DNA of 63,798 bases, the filler included, from Octopus bimaculoides (taxonomy: Eukaryota), in assembly GCF_001194135.2 (NCBI RefSeq). It is 5 parts of 5 records of this genome, joined end to end, with 100 filler letters (N's around TTAATTAATTAA, not from the genome) between each part and the next. Parts side by side here need not be neighbours in the genome. Positions count along the whole stretch, not along the records: positions 1 to 24,912 come from NC_068986.1; 4 more parts are not named here. The stretch is one strand, 5' to 3'. Both the position numbers and the translations under genes were made by a program. A model generated the notes under the pieces. The model was not told the origin of the DNA, made no database searches, and saw only the letters and a program-made list of their open reading frames with translations. Shown here in pieces: positions 1 through 12,579 of this stretch. Each line of letters starts with the position of its first letter. Within the stretch, counting starts at the first letter, position 1.

Positions 1-246
1 TTTGCGTATACAAATTTAATCTGCGGTCCATGGGATGAGCCGTTTTAACGATGCGTCCTGCCCGAAGCTCGTCGAAACGCCGGTGTTAAAACGTGGGTAG
101 CTGATGAAGTAGAATGTTCTCTATGTGGCTCGTGTGTTTTCTCGTTTACGTTTGTTTGCAATGTCCTGTACCCAGATATGCACCTATACATACAGGTGGA
201 TGTCGGTATGCACATACCTGTACGTATATATGCATATACTCATTTA

Positions 247-283
<37 letters not shown>

Positions 284-385
284 CATACACACATGTATAT
301 ATGCATGTATGTGTGTTGGTAGGTAGTTATGTTTGTTGAAGTTGGTTGAAGAAGTCCATGCATCTGAAGAGAAAGGGAGATAGAA

Positions 386-422
<37 letters not shown>

Positions 423-1599
423 TAGGCTCAAAGGGAGGGGGAAAGAGGTGGAGGAAAAGAAAGAAGGAATGATGGAAATGTGGTAAGATTGGCAAAAAAA
501 ATAAATAAATAAAATAAATGGAATTAAGAATAAGAAGCTAAAATGTTTAGTCAGCCACCTAAGTAGGATATTGTGTTTTGTTAGGATAATCTGGATGACT
601 TCTATAAACAATGTAGAAGACAGTAAAATGCTTCGGGAAACAACAAAACAAACATATTTTGCAGGAATAATGTTTCTGAAAAGTGCTGTTAAAGCTGTTG
701 CTGCTTTGGCTGTTGTTTAGCACGCTCCAGGTCAATGCTGACCTGGCAGAATTACGATGAAAGAGCTTCTTACTTATGATTACCTCGTCTTATTGTATAC
801 CTACAGTATGACTGCATTTGTCCAGTGTGCACTTTCTTTTGTAGTTTTAGGATATTTGGCAGCTATTTCTAGTCGCTCAAGCAACTACGTTGTGGATCTG
901 TTTTTAAAAAGTGGTAAATACTAGAACTGACTGTATCATATCTAGTATTGTTTCCATTCTCTGGAAACTTATCATTTGTATATTAATAATTCTTTTTTGT
1001 TTCAATAAATATGTCGTTTTATAAATACCTTCTTTTGTCATTATCTATAAAAGATAACAAAAGCCAATATTCTGAATGATAAGTTTGTGAGTGCATTAAA
1101 AATAGAGGACTGAAGAATTCCAATGCTAACACGGGAGATAAATCTTGCAATAGCAGATAACTGCATTTAAAACATCAGTTTCTTTATAAATATGAAATAG
1201 AGTGAAGTATACATAGACGTGTGGTTTGACAGATACTCAAACTTAGATACTCAAAAGCACAAGTATATAAGTTAACGTAGCTACTATTAATATATATTAA
1301 CGTATAGTAAACAAATGTTTGTACAGGGGAACATTGTTGGCGTGTTAGGTGTCGAAGTAACGCAGAGCAATTTGAAATAAAGTGTTTTGGCCATGACCAC
1401 AACGGACTGCTCGGCTTGGGAATCGGAATCGAAATCACGAACTCGCGATCACGAGAAAAGCACCCTAACCGCTAGGTCATGCAGCCTGACACAAGCTTGC
1501 TTTTTAACAACGTAGTTCCGGGTTCAGTCTTACTGTATGACATCTTGAGCAAGAATGTTCTATTATAGTCTCGGGCCGACTAAAGCTCTGTGAGCCACC

Positions 1600-2665
1600 T
1601 CAAGGAAAACACAAATAGTGAATGGTGTTCCACAGGATACTGTCTTGGGACCACTGCTCTTCATAGTAGCCCTCTCAGATATGCCCTCAGCTGCCCGGAT
1701 AGCTACTCTTGCTAGCTACGCAGAAAGTCTTGCAGAAAATACAAAACCCTAGCGATGTTGCACACCTGTAGCAGGGCTTGGACTCAATTTACAGATGGGC
1801 TGAGGACAATAATATTCGATTTAATGCTGGAAATTTCAAAGCCTTGCATTTCCAGTACCCAAAACTGAACTAAAAACTTACAGGATACAGTGACCCAGGA
1901 GTATTACAATCCCAGAGCCTAAATCAGTGCGGGACCTGGGTATCGACATGAGTAATGATATCTCTTTTCAAGTGCACATTACCAAGATGGCGACAAAGTG
2001 CAGACAGCTGGCTGGCTGGATCCTGAGAACCTCCAGAACCAAAGAGAAGGAAAGCATGATGGTCCTCAGCCGCCCTGATTACTGCTCCCAACTATGGTCA
2101 CCCCCACAGTGTAAAATTAACAGCGGACCTTGAAGCTATCCAGCGAAGCTTCATAAAGAAGATCGTCTCATTGTGACAGCTCAGCTACTGGGAAAGGCTG
2201 AAGCAACTAAGACTCTACTCCCTGGAGAGAAGGCGGGAGTGATATGCAGTAATATACATCTGGAAGATCCTGGAAGAGATTGTGTCAAATTTTGGCATTG
2301 AAAGCTAGACAAATGCCAGAACGGGTCGCAACTGCAAAGTGCCAAAGATCCCCACAATGTCGTCGCGCTTGAGGACCAGTTACTGCAACGGCCTGGGTTT
2401 CGAGGGCTCACAACTTTTTAATATTCTCGCAAAGAACCTCAGGGACCTACACACAGTGGATGTAGGAGTTTTCAAAGCAAAACTGGATCTCTTCCTGTCG
2501 AGAGTCCCAGATGAACCCACCTTGCGGCAGGAGGCGCAAATGAGGGCAACAACATCTAACTCTCTTATTCAACAAATGCCACATACCAGAGGAGGCTCTC
2601 AATAATAACAGTGTAGCAAAACGTTGGTGCCCAAGCATGGCCACAACTTTGAGCTGAAACTGATT
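1600..2665 (+). mobile_element. 5'-truncated CR1/L2-group LINE, decayed RT and C-terminus
   Basis: Frames give GVPQDTVLGPLLF, VRDLGIDMSNDISFQVHI, DYCSQLWSP, LSYWERLKQLRLYSLERRRE and FKAKLDLFLSRVPDEP; the YADD motif is cut by a deletion after SYA; several frameshifts. Confidence 0.85.
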
Positions 2666-2673
2666 AATATATG

Positions 2674-2677
<4 letters not shown>

Positions 2678-2755
<78 letters not shown>
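2678..2755. repeat. (TA)n microsatellite
   Basis: Pure AT dinucleotide run. Confidence 0.95.
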
Positions 2756-2757
<2 letters not shown>

Positions 2758-2799
2758 ACTATATATATATAATTAAGTTAGTTTTGTCCTTTATAATAC

Positions 2800-3605
2800 A
2801 AGTCAGGTTAGGTATGGGGGCGTGCGCCGTTGCAGCGCGTTGCTGCTTTCACCATACATTGGCATTTGTTCAGGCAACTCTCCGAGCAATGTCCCAATCC
2901 CGGGCAACTCTCTGAGCAATGTCTCAATCATTTCTTATCTCTGTGACATACTTCTTCATCTACCGTTACTATGTGGCATGTAGTCGACCAACACGAGCCA
3001 TCACCCCAACTAGATCCTCAGAGAAAATACAATACATAGGAAAGAACTCGGAAAACTGAGCGACATGACCGAACAGTCTGAGCTGATGTTCTCGAATCAT
3101 AAAAATAACAGGACGCATCCCAGTTTCTGAGTATCATTATTAGTTGCATACAAAATCTGGTGGGTGGTAACCCATAATCCTGCGAAGCGTCCTCGTATAA
3201 AAAGTTGCGTCCAAGTCTCGCAACTATAGAGTTAGACGAAGAGGACCAGAAACCTAAAGGTCCGAACCTTTGTCCTCCTGCTCAGATATCGGTAACGCCA
3301 AACTCTCTAGTCCTAGTGAGTCCTCAACTGCAGCAGCACGTTCAAGTCTTTTTAAGATGCCGAGATAAAGAGAAGCAGTCAACAACTTCGACATTCTCTC
3401 CCGCAGCAGAGACAGACGAGATGGAGTTCCTCCTCATATTAGGAAGCCAACAGAAGACTGGCTCTTTGCTTTGGCCCAAGAAACTCTAAAAGGCCAAGTG
3501 GTTCCGCTTTCTCAGTGATGGGAGAGCACTCCTCAAGACATCAAGAGACTCAACATGAACAACCGCGTCATCAGCAGCTATATGACCCTGAGCTGATATA
3601 TGCCG
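2800..3605 (-). mobile_element. RTE-clade LINE 3' fragment, decayed
   Basis: Minus-strand frames give ADDAVVHVESLDVL, RVSWAKAK, GENVEVVD, YLSRRTKVRTF, LRRIMGY and IREHQLRLFGHVAQ, followed by an ACCTAACCTGAC-type tail. Confidence 0.75.
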
Positions 3606-4684
3606 GAAATATCCTTATTTGATCACAAACTTAGTGGTATCAGGTTTGATGTATAAATATTGATCTAAAATTTAGATTAATCTCAATTTGAGAGAAAATA
3701 AGTTAGATTAATATTAACAAATTAATTAATCAGATAATATATCATTTAAATGGAAAACTAACAAACGAAAACTTAAAATCTTTGCAGATGAGCTATAAAT
3801 TAGATTGTAGATACATGAATAATTTAGTTCAATCAATAATTTAAATGACGACTAAACTACAATATTTTCAATTACAATATTTTCAAATGATTTAGGACAA
3901 TGAAATGCTAGAAAATGAGAGATAAAATAGCTTATTGTATTAAATTCGACTGCACGTATTGTAAATATAAATCTTTCTAAAGTCGACATTGCCTTTCTTC
4001 CCTTTAGAGTTGACAAAATAATTTCTAGGATCAACTTGTCAAACGATTTCAATATTTTCAATATACTTCGTTATATTAGATGAGGCTTTTATTAGGTACA
4101 TCAATCTCGAACATATAATGATTATAGAGATGGAGCACCGATGTTTGTAAGTAACATGTAGATGAGAGAAAAACTCTCAGGAATATTAAAGAAAAAATTG
4201 ATATTTGCAATTCTTGTTAAAACTAGAAGATTTTTCTTCAAACGAAGTAAACTGAAGCAATTTAGAATTGTTGAAAATGACAATGAAAGATTCTAAGCAG
4301 ATTTTAATCCATGACCCAATTGCCAGCATTCAAATACCATATCGAGTCTATTTATTAAGCATTAAAACTATCGTTTATGATAGAAAACAAAAGTGAAAGA
4401 AACTTTGTTTTAGGATTTTTGTTCAGAAATATCTTATGAGTTTCTCAAACGGTAACAGGTTTCTAGGACCAATGAGGAATGTATAATGCGAAAAGTCTAA
4501 TTCGGACTTGTGCCGCCCCTCACATATTGGTTAGTTTTACAGATAGAATAGTTTGGAAAGCCTTGGACACAAGTAATACACTACTATCATTGCTTATTAC
4601 ATTGAGAGAGCTACATATAATTGAATCTTATGATACCACTCACTTAGGAGATAATAAATGTTTGTATTCTCACGTTGTAGTATG

Positions 4685-4880
4685 AGTTGTTTAGCCCCAA
4701 GTCAGCCTTGGTACATCAGAACTTGTCTCAAGGGAATTTGTCTATCAACATCTTGTTCTGTTTTTTTTTCGTGCATAGCGCATCCATGAACATAGCTAAT
4801 TTCCTTCTACACTTGAAGACGGTAGGTTGTATCTGAAAGAGATTTGGTTGTTAGTTATTGTAGATCGATTAAGAACGTAG
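4685..4880. repeat. Unclassified dispersed repeat family F
   Basis: GTTGTTTAGC...GATTTGG(C/T)..CTATTTCTAG-like motif recurs at about 700-910 and, reversed, at about 41480-41520 and 41745-41830. Confidence 0.35.
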
Positions 4881-6017
4881 ATACTTTCCTGTATCACTGG
4901 GGGAATGTTAGCTTTGTAACTAAGAGACAATCATAAGCATCACAGATTTAGAGAATTTATGGATGAAACTGAGATTTATTGATTTGTGTTTAAGTTCAGT
5001 TCCCCTTGAAATAACAGTTATTTGTGGTAGACAAATTTATCTGTCACCGAACCACGTTATTCTTATGGTTCGGAAAGTTTTAGCTTCTGAAAAAAATACT
5101 TCTAATTTTGTTAGTTAAGTGGACTAAAGCAATTAGATTATACCATTTTCCTTAAGTCAACAAACACTGACAACGCAATGGGTGTATATGTATATATATA
5201 TATACACATACATACATATACAACCTCACATCTTCACACAAATTATGTATACATGTATATATGTGTGTACGTGTGTGCGTGTGTGCGTGTGTATGTGTGT
5301 GTGTGTGTGCGCGCGTGCGTTTATGTGTGTGCGTGTCTGCGTGTGCATGCGTGCATGTATGTATAACCTAACAGTCACCATTTTAAATTTATTTTCAGCT
5401 TCTATGTTCTCTAAAACAGAGAAGTATGACCATAAATTGAAGAAGACATCCAATCTGACTTGGCTGTCCTCTGTAAGTTTAGTGATATCATTTAAACCAC
5501 TTTAATGGTTTCTTATGGTGTTTGGTTTTCTGCTGTTTCTCACAGATATTCTCTACTTCCGTTAAGCAAACATCGTTACTTTGTATCATGGCTACTTGGA
5601 ATTTTTCCAATCCGATAAATGTTTGATCGCAGTAACATTCTTCGTTAGCTGCAAGGCACTCTTCTCAAGTGGTCAGATGCCTGATTTTTGATAAGGAGAT
5701 TAGGCTGCGCCATTAGACTAGATCTAATTTCTATAATTCCATTTATTTAGTCTTCTGCTTTAAGAAGAATTCTGACAAGGTCAATGTAAACATTCAAAAT
5801 GTCTCTTTAGTCTGCGTTTAAAATTACAATTGCACAAAACAAAAATTAAAAATCTCAAAAGCATCATGTCAAAGATAAAAGAACTGTTAAATTTAGAACA
5901 CAAATATAAATATTTTAATTTAAAATACTGTGACATAATGAAATATTGCCCGTGATAGTGCAAAGAACTGAATTTTTTTAGTTTGAGCTAGCTCAAGATA
6001 GTATTCTTTTCTATTCT

Positions 6018-6220
6018 AGGCACAAGGCCCGAAATTTTTGGGGAAGGGCCCAGTCGATTAGATCCACTCCAGTACGCAACTGGTACTTAATTTATGGACC
6101 CCGAAAGGGTGAAAGGCAAAGTTGACCTCGGCGGAATTTGAACTCAGATCGTAAAGACAGACGAAATACCGCGAAGCATTTCGCCCGGCGTGCTAACGTG
6201 TCTGCCAGTTCTGCCGCCTT
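6018..6220 (-). mobile_element. tRNA-derived SINE family A
   Basis: Reverse complement of the recurring GGCGGCGAGCTGGCAGAA..GTTAGCACGCCGGGCGAAATGC..GAGTTCAAATTCCGCCGAGGTCGACTTTGCCTTTCATCC unit. Confidence 0.85.
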
Positions 6221-7312
6221 AACTCAAGATACTATTATGTCCATTAAGAACATGCAAAAATCGGAATGTCCTTAATATTTTTAAGAATTTAATATTTGAA
6301 TTTCTTTGCTGCGTCTTTAATCATTGACAGTCTCTATAAACTAGTATTTCATTGTTGTTTAACTTGAGGTTCACCTAATAGAGAAGACCTATATATCTTG
6401 TATGCTTGTTAATAATGAACCGAGTATTCTACCTGCAATTGACTCAGGGTGACAGTACTGGAGCACTGGACCAATGTCTTTTTTTCCTGGGTTTAGCTCG
6501 CAATGAGGCTCGATTCATATCAACTACCAGGTTGTGTACAGTAGGTATCTACAATATCAAGCTGTCGATGCAATCAACTGTACCTATATCAAGTTCGCAT
6601 ATCTTAATGGAATGGTGGCTAAGAATTAGAACGTGAGTAAGTAGCAGAATATTCTTGATACTTCTTTTATCGATCCTGAGTTATGAAATGGAAAGTGGTT
6701 AGTGGAGCAAATTTGAATTTAGACCGACAAAGCGGAGAGCAAAATATGATGAAGAATGCATACTATCTTTTAACAATCTCGGCAGCAGAGGCTACCTATG
6801 GCAAAAAAAATTTGATATTTTAAAAGAAAGTTAAAGTAAAGGTAATTTAGGAATGTAAACACATCAGAGAAGAAGGTAATTTATTTTTGTATAAATCTTG
6901 TACATATAATGAGCATCACATGCAATCTTTATATGCAATCTACCCTCTTAACGATAGGTATGCACAGAGACGTCCTACCAGCCTTCAGTGTGAACATAGT
7001 GTTCTAATATAATTTTCTGAATCGAAATGCACTAATTCAACATGTCAGGGAAGTACATAATACGGCACCCTCCCTTCTCACAAATGATTCAAATCTATTT
7101 CTCTTCTCAATTTCTACCGATGTCTTTTCACATTTATAGCATGGCATCCATATATCTGTATAGTAACTAAAACTGCCACTCAAGGTTAGACCTTCTCTTA
7201 AAACTTACTATTGCAGCTATCTGTTTTTATATAAAAAGCGGCATTTATTTATGTGTACCATAAAATAAAGATATCCAATCTAACTCTGTATTAATATGAA
7301 TAGTAATGTTAA

Positions 7313-7587
7313 AGCGGCGAGCATACAGAATCATTAGCATGTCGGACAAAGCAGGCAGAATCATTAGCATGTCGGACAAAGCAGGCAGAATCATTAGCAT
7401 GTCGGACAGAATGCTTAGCGGCATTTCTTCCGACTTTACGTTCTGAGTTCAGATGTCGCCGGGTTCGGTTTTGCCTTTCATCCTTTCCGGGTCGATAAAA
7501 TAAGTAGCAGTTGAGCACTGAGATTGATGTAATCTACTTACTCTCTCTATCTCGAAATTGCTGGCCATGTGCCAAAATTTGAAACCA
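7313..7587 (+). mobile_element. SINE family A with a triplicated 30-bp head segment
   Basis: AGAATCATTAGCATGTCGGACAAAGCAGGC repeated about 3 times (7327-7410), then the normal body. Confidence 0.8.
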
Positions 7588-8919
7588 AAATGAACGGTAC
7601 AGTTAATTTCTGATCTTTTAAGAGAGCAAATATCCATTAACAAGTGATAAATGATATCAATTTTAAGATTGAATTAAATAAGTGATATAACTTTTGTTTG
7701 TTTCCTAAGAATTCAGAAAAACAAAGCACTACGAATTTATTCAGTTCGGTATTCTAGTGTCAGTACGAATAATATCTTCCAAGCTATTCATCTACCCCGC
7801 TCCTACAGAAATATTTTCTTGCGCTTAGGCAAAAACAAATTATTATTTGCTAAAGATTCTGTCAATAGTATCAAAACCAATCCTTGCTTCACTTGGTTCG
7901 TTCACTCCAACTTCCATATATATGATATCTTACTTTCGTTTAAATTCACCATTCTTTTTATCAATACATCAATTCTGAAGTGGTGAAATATGAAAAAAAA
8001 AAGCAAACAAAAAACCAAATATTGATCCACAGTAATGCGGTAGCGATCATATACGATAGATATAATTTTAATTTCATAAATAAGGTTTTAAATTAAACGG
8101 GAAGTTATCAATATAGACAGATAATGATATCAGATTATACTGTCAGTCTACTCGCTATATTGCAGCTATTTCTTGACTCAAAATGGCATCTGTTGATTAT
8201 TTCAGTTACCCACCTCTCCTGATACAGCGCCATGAAGATGGTACTGATTGAAGATACTGCTGATAGTAACTAAAGTATATCATACATAGTTTCAGTGTTT
8301 AACTAAAGTTATATACATATACATACATTACATACATTCGCATGCATATATGCATACATTCATTTAAACACACACAAACACACATATAACAAGTTGAAGT
8401 GCATTCTATAGTGATATATGTATAGAGGAGATAAATACAGAATAATTAAATACACATACATATATATAGCTATGTAAACTATAGTATAGGCTTTCCTGCG
8501 TAACAAGTTATATTCTATATTTTCTATAGATATGTGTGTTGATAACTAAAGCATATTATGTAAATATGTGTAAGTATAGATAGCTGAAGTGAATTATATC
8601 AAGATATAACTGAAACTGGTATAAAATATAAGCTACGCCAAAATGTGTGCAAAGCTAACTATAAAATACTTTTTTAGATACATATCGTTTGTGTAAGTTT
8701 ATACACGTATAGAGGGATATATGAACATATATCTAAATTGTTTCATATATATTGACGATTTAACTGCAAAAGCACTTCCATCACCTTTGAAGTGTGTTCT
8801 CCTGCGCTCTCTCTCTCTCTTTCTCTCAGTCGCTCTTTTATTGGGGGGGGGGGGAGAACGCTCGTGCGTGTGAGAGAGAGTGAGAAAGGGATAGTGAGCA
8901 AGAAAGAGCGTGAGAGCAA

Positions 8920-9047
8920 TATATAAATACATATAAATATATAAATACATATAAATATATAAATACATATAAATATATAAATACATATAAATATATAAAT
9001 ACATATAAATATATAAATACATATAAATATATAAATACATATAAATA
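8920..9047. repeat. 18-bp tandem repeat ATATAAATACATATAAAT
   Basis: About 7 contiguous copies. Confidence 0.9.
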
Positions 9048-9094
9048 TGTGTGTGTGTATATGAGTGCGTGTGCGTGTGTGTCTGCATGTGTGC

Positions 9095-10150
9095 TTCACT
9101 CCTGGGCCATCAGAAGCAGCTAACGGGTGAGAAAAATAACTGCACATAGCGAAAATCTGCAACCCCAAGTCCCCCAAATAGCCCACTCACAGTTGTTTGA
9201 AACTGTTTAGACAAAAAAGAAAAAAAACAAGGCCAGTGATACTCGGCAAGTGTCTCCAGCGATTAAGAATCTGGGTGGCATTTACCCAGCAATGTATCGT
9301 TTGCAAAGCCGCTATCCAAACCACGAAAAGTAACTTTGTACATCATATAAATCTCAAGTTATCCCGTCTGATAAACAACAACCAATCCCTTTGTTTCTTT
9401 GCCAGGTTAATTTCCACCAACTGCGAAACACTTTTCTCTCCAATTCGCAACAATAACAATTCCACGAACAGTACTTCTGTAGAGAAAACTTCCACCTTCA
9501 CTCGACGTTTTGCAGCCGACTTCACTCGGCAAACCTTTTCCAACTGTATCCCTTTCTATTCTTCCTCGATCACCATCTTGCCTACACACGTCAAGTACGA
9601 AAGCATTTTTGGTTTCGAATCAACAAGGCTACTGGCCCTGAGAATGTTTCTTCTGTAACTCTCAAGCATAGCATCCCATAGCTAGTTCTTTAATCTCTCC
9701 CTCTCTACAGAGAAAATCTCCTCTAATCTTTATATGCACGCTACCGTGTGTTCTTTTCCCAAGAAAAGCTACCGTCCTGATCCTACCAACTATTGCCTGT
9801 CGCACTCCCAGTAATGACGACCGCCAAAACTTTGAATCTCTCTCTTCTTAAAGACTATCAGTACCGTTTTAGTAAAGCAAGGTCAACTAGTGAACTTCTT
9901 TTCTCCGTCACTCACCAGAGGGATCTTGCTTTGGAGAAATTTGGTGATGTAATCGATATCAATAAAAATTTCAACTAATTTTGCATGGAAATCTATCCAA
10001 ACTTTCTGTACAGAGATTTTACTCATCTATCATCACTCAGACAGGTAACTTCCTATGACATATCGCTATCGTGGCATTTAACCCGCATTCTTTTCCTTCT
10101 ATACATTATCAATGACTTACTTATTGCCATGTCCAGCAACATTCATTATG
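9095..10150 (+). mobile_element. Highly decayed CR1/Jockey-group LINE RT fragment
   Basis: Remnants PTNYCPVAL (NYRPI-like), YQYRFSKARSTSELL (QYGFR-like), IDINKNFN (LDISKAFD-like) and INDLL; many indels. Confidence 0.6.
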
Positions 10151-10981
10151 TCCCATGAACAATGTGAATATGTATTTACGGGCTTATGTAGTACATCTTA
10201 TAATTTGTCATAAATTTGATACTATTCAACGAGTGCATTTATACAAATGTCTTCTCTGTCACAAAAGCATCTGTAGAGATATCACAGTAAAATCACCGTG
10301 ACTACCAACGTCGCAGGAAGAAATATTAGAAATTAGAGGATTAAAGAAGCCAGCCTATGGAAAAAAAACCAAAAAAAAAAAAAAAACAACAACAACCCGA
10401 GAACAACAACTTAATCCTTTATGAACCGCAGATATGATCTAAGCTACACTGAATCGTGACCTGACACCATATTGTACAGCTCCTCTTCCACAATTTTAGT
10501 GTTTTTAAAAAAATAACTGATTATTCATTTTAATCTACGCAGACAGACTTTCCTCTTTCTCCGTTATCTTGAAAATGGATTTTTAAAACTGAAATACTCG
10601 ATATATTATATATCGATATTTTACATTNNNNNNNNNNNNNNNNNNNNNNNNNNNNNNNNNNNNNNNNNNNNNNNNNNNNNNNNNNNNNNNNNNNNNNNNN
10701 NNNNNNNNNNNNNNNNNNNNNNNNNNNNNNNNNNNNNNNNNNNNNNNNNNNNNNNNNNNNNNNNNNNNNNNNNNNNNNNNNNNNNNNNNNNNNNNNNNNN
10801 NNNNNNNNNNNNNNNNNNNNNNNNNNNNNNNNNNNNNNNNNNNNNNNNNNNNNNNNNNNNNNNNNNNNNNNNNNNNNNNNNNNNNNNNNNNNNNNNNNNN
10901 NNNNNNNNNNNNNNNNNNNNNNNNNNNNNNNNNNNNNNNNNNNNNNNNNNNNNNNNNNNNNNNNNNNNNNNNNNNNNNNNN

Positions 10982-11348
10982 NGACGTTCTGAGTTCAAAT
11001 TCCGCCGAGGTCGACTTTGCCTTTCCTCCTTTCGGGATCGATAAATTAAGTACCAGTTACGGACTGGGGTCGATGTAATTGACTTAAACCCTTTGTCTGT
11101 CCTTGTTTGTCCCTTCCATGTTTAGCCCCTTGTGGGCAATAAAGAAATAAGAAACGTCAGCACGCCGGGCGAAATGCTTAGCGGTATTTCGTCTGTCTTT
11201 ATGTTCTGAGTTCAAATTCCGCCGAGGTCGACTTTGCCTTTCATCCATTTGGGGTCGATAAATTAAGTACCAGTTGCATACTGGGTCGATTTAATCGAGT
11301 GGCCCCTCCCCCAAAATTTCGGGCCTTGTGCCCAGACTAGAAAAGTAT
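10982..11348 (+). mobile_element. Two tandem SINE family A copies
   Basis: GAGTTCAAATTCCGCCGAGGTCGACTTTGCCTTTC occurs at about 10990 and 11208; the first copy starts in a gap and has an alternative tail, also seen reversed at about 53170-53242. Confidence 0.85.
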
Positions 11349-11639
11349 TATTCATTTGATTATAATACACTAAGGGATTTACAACTTATCGGGAACCCTA
11401 GAGTATACCAACAACGTACTACTCAAAGATATGCGTAATTTGGACCAGCCCCATGGCACTAAATATTAATAGGGTTGGTTTTCTGTGTACACAATCGAAA
11501 GATCCTATCTGGTATTTCGACTCTCATCAACCATGGGCCGGAACCATAGACATTATCCGAGCCTACCTGGTGCATACCTTTTCAAGTACCTGATTCCATC
11601 GGAATCTTCATCTTACTTCTTATATATTTATTTGTATAT

Positions 11640-11863
11640 ATTTATGTGTGCGTGTTTGTGTTTGTTCCCCACCATCGCCTGATAACCGATGCTGGTGTGT
11701 TAACGTCCTTGTAACTTAGCAGCTCGGCAAAACAGACCGATAGAATAGGTACTAGGCTTATAAAGAATAAGTACTGAAGTCGATTTCTTTGACTAAAAAA
11801 CCCTTTAAGGTGTTGCTTCAGCATGGTCGCAGTCATTTGACTGAAACAAAAGAATAACAGAAT
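11640..11863 (+). mobile_element. CORE-type SINE family B, 3' half
   Basis: TTTGTTCCCCACCATCGCCTGATAACCGATGCTGG...GCATGGTCGCAGTCATTTGACTGAAAC. Confidence 0.7.
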
Positions 11864-11885
11864 GCATATATACATATGTAAATCT

Positions 11886-12579
11886 AATAAATTTACATCT
11901 AATATAGGATAAAATTTTCAAAAAATTTTATCAGTGGTCAGCATATTAAAAAATACCTTTTAAGGTGAAAATTATAAACAACTTATTAATAAGGGCAAAA
12001 GAAAAAAATATTTCTATTCCAAATATGCCGAGAATAGACTTTAACTCGTCAATAACTACATACAATTCATCACTATAAGCACGTGTCTCGAATCAATCTG
12101 ACAGAAATTTCTAAAAAATTCCGTTATTACCGAATTATGCTGGCCACTGATAAAATTTTTTGAAAATTTTATCCTATATTAGATGTAAATTTATTACCAT
12201 TCACTTCCGGACTGTCTCCTACTCTATGAGAATTTTCAGTCAGATCGCACGTGTCTCGAGGTGTACAGCAAAATTTCTATTTGGATATATTTGAGGTACT
12301 TAAGTGTACGCATGACTTTGCATCTGCTTGTTCCATGGGTGCAAGTAAGTATTTCATTTATTTCTTAACGTATTTACCGCTGATGACAAGAAAATTCTTA
12401 ACGAATTAACTCAGAAATCGGACCGATTCGGTAATAACGGAATTTCTTAGAAATTTCTGTCAGATTGCTTCGAGACACGTGCTTATAGCGATGAATTGAC
12501 GATTTAAAGTCTATTCTCGGCATATTTGGCATAGAAATGCTTTTCTTTTGCCCTTATTTATAAGTTGTTTTATATATAN
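11886..12579. mobile_element. Inverted, permuted repeat pair with hammerhead (Penelope pLTR / retrozyme-like)
   Basis: 11886-11945 is the reverse complement of 12136-12195 (60 bp, 1 mismatch); about 11973-12135 is the reverse complement of 12426-12574 (with a short deletion); hammerhead at 12374-12434; the element runs into a gap. Confidence 0.55.
12374..12434 (+). ncRNA. Type I hammerhead ribozyme motif, proximal stem II degenerate
   Basis: Helix I TTACCG/CGGTAA; CTGATGA at 12380-12386; distal stem II AATTC/GAATT; GAAA at 12414-12417; stem III ATCGG-A-CCGAT; UU cleavage site 12428/12429. The canonical G10.1-C11.1 pair is missing. Confidence 0.55.

Noticed and set aside
41-107. Hammerhead-like arrangement: GTTTTAAC/GTTAAAAC inverted repeat enclosing GAAAC...GT, with CTGATGA just after
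   Set aside because: No CUGANGA in the required position, no pairing stem II and no valid UH site under type I, II or III topology; it needs several edits. Worth revisiting only with a family consensus.
6405-6450. AIDSG as a retroviral aspartic protease motif
   Set aside because: Followed at once by a stop, with no other LTR-element features nearby.
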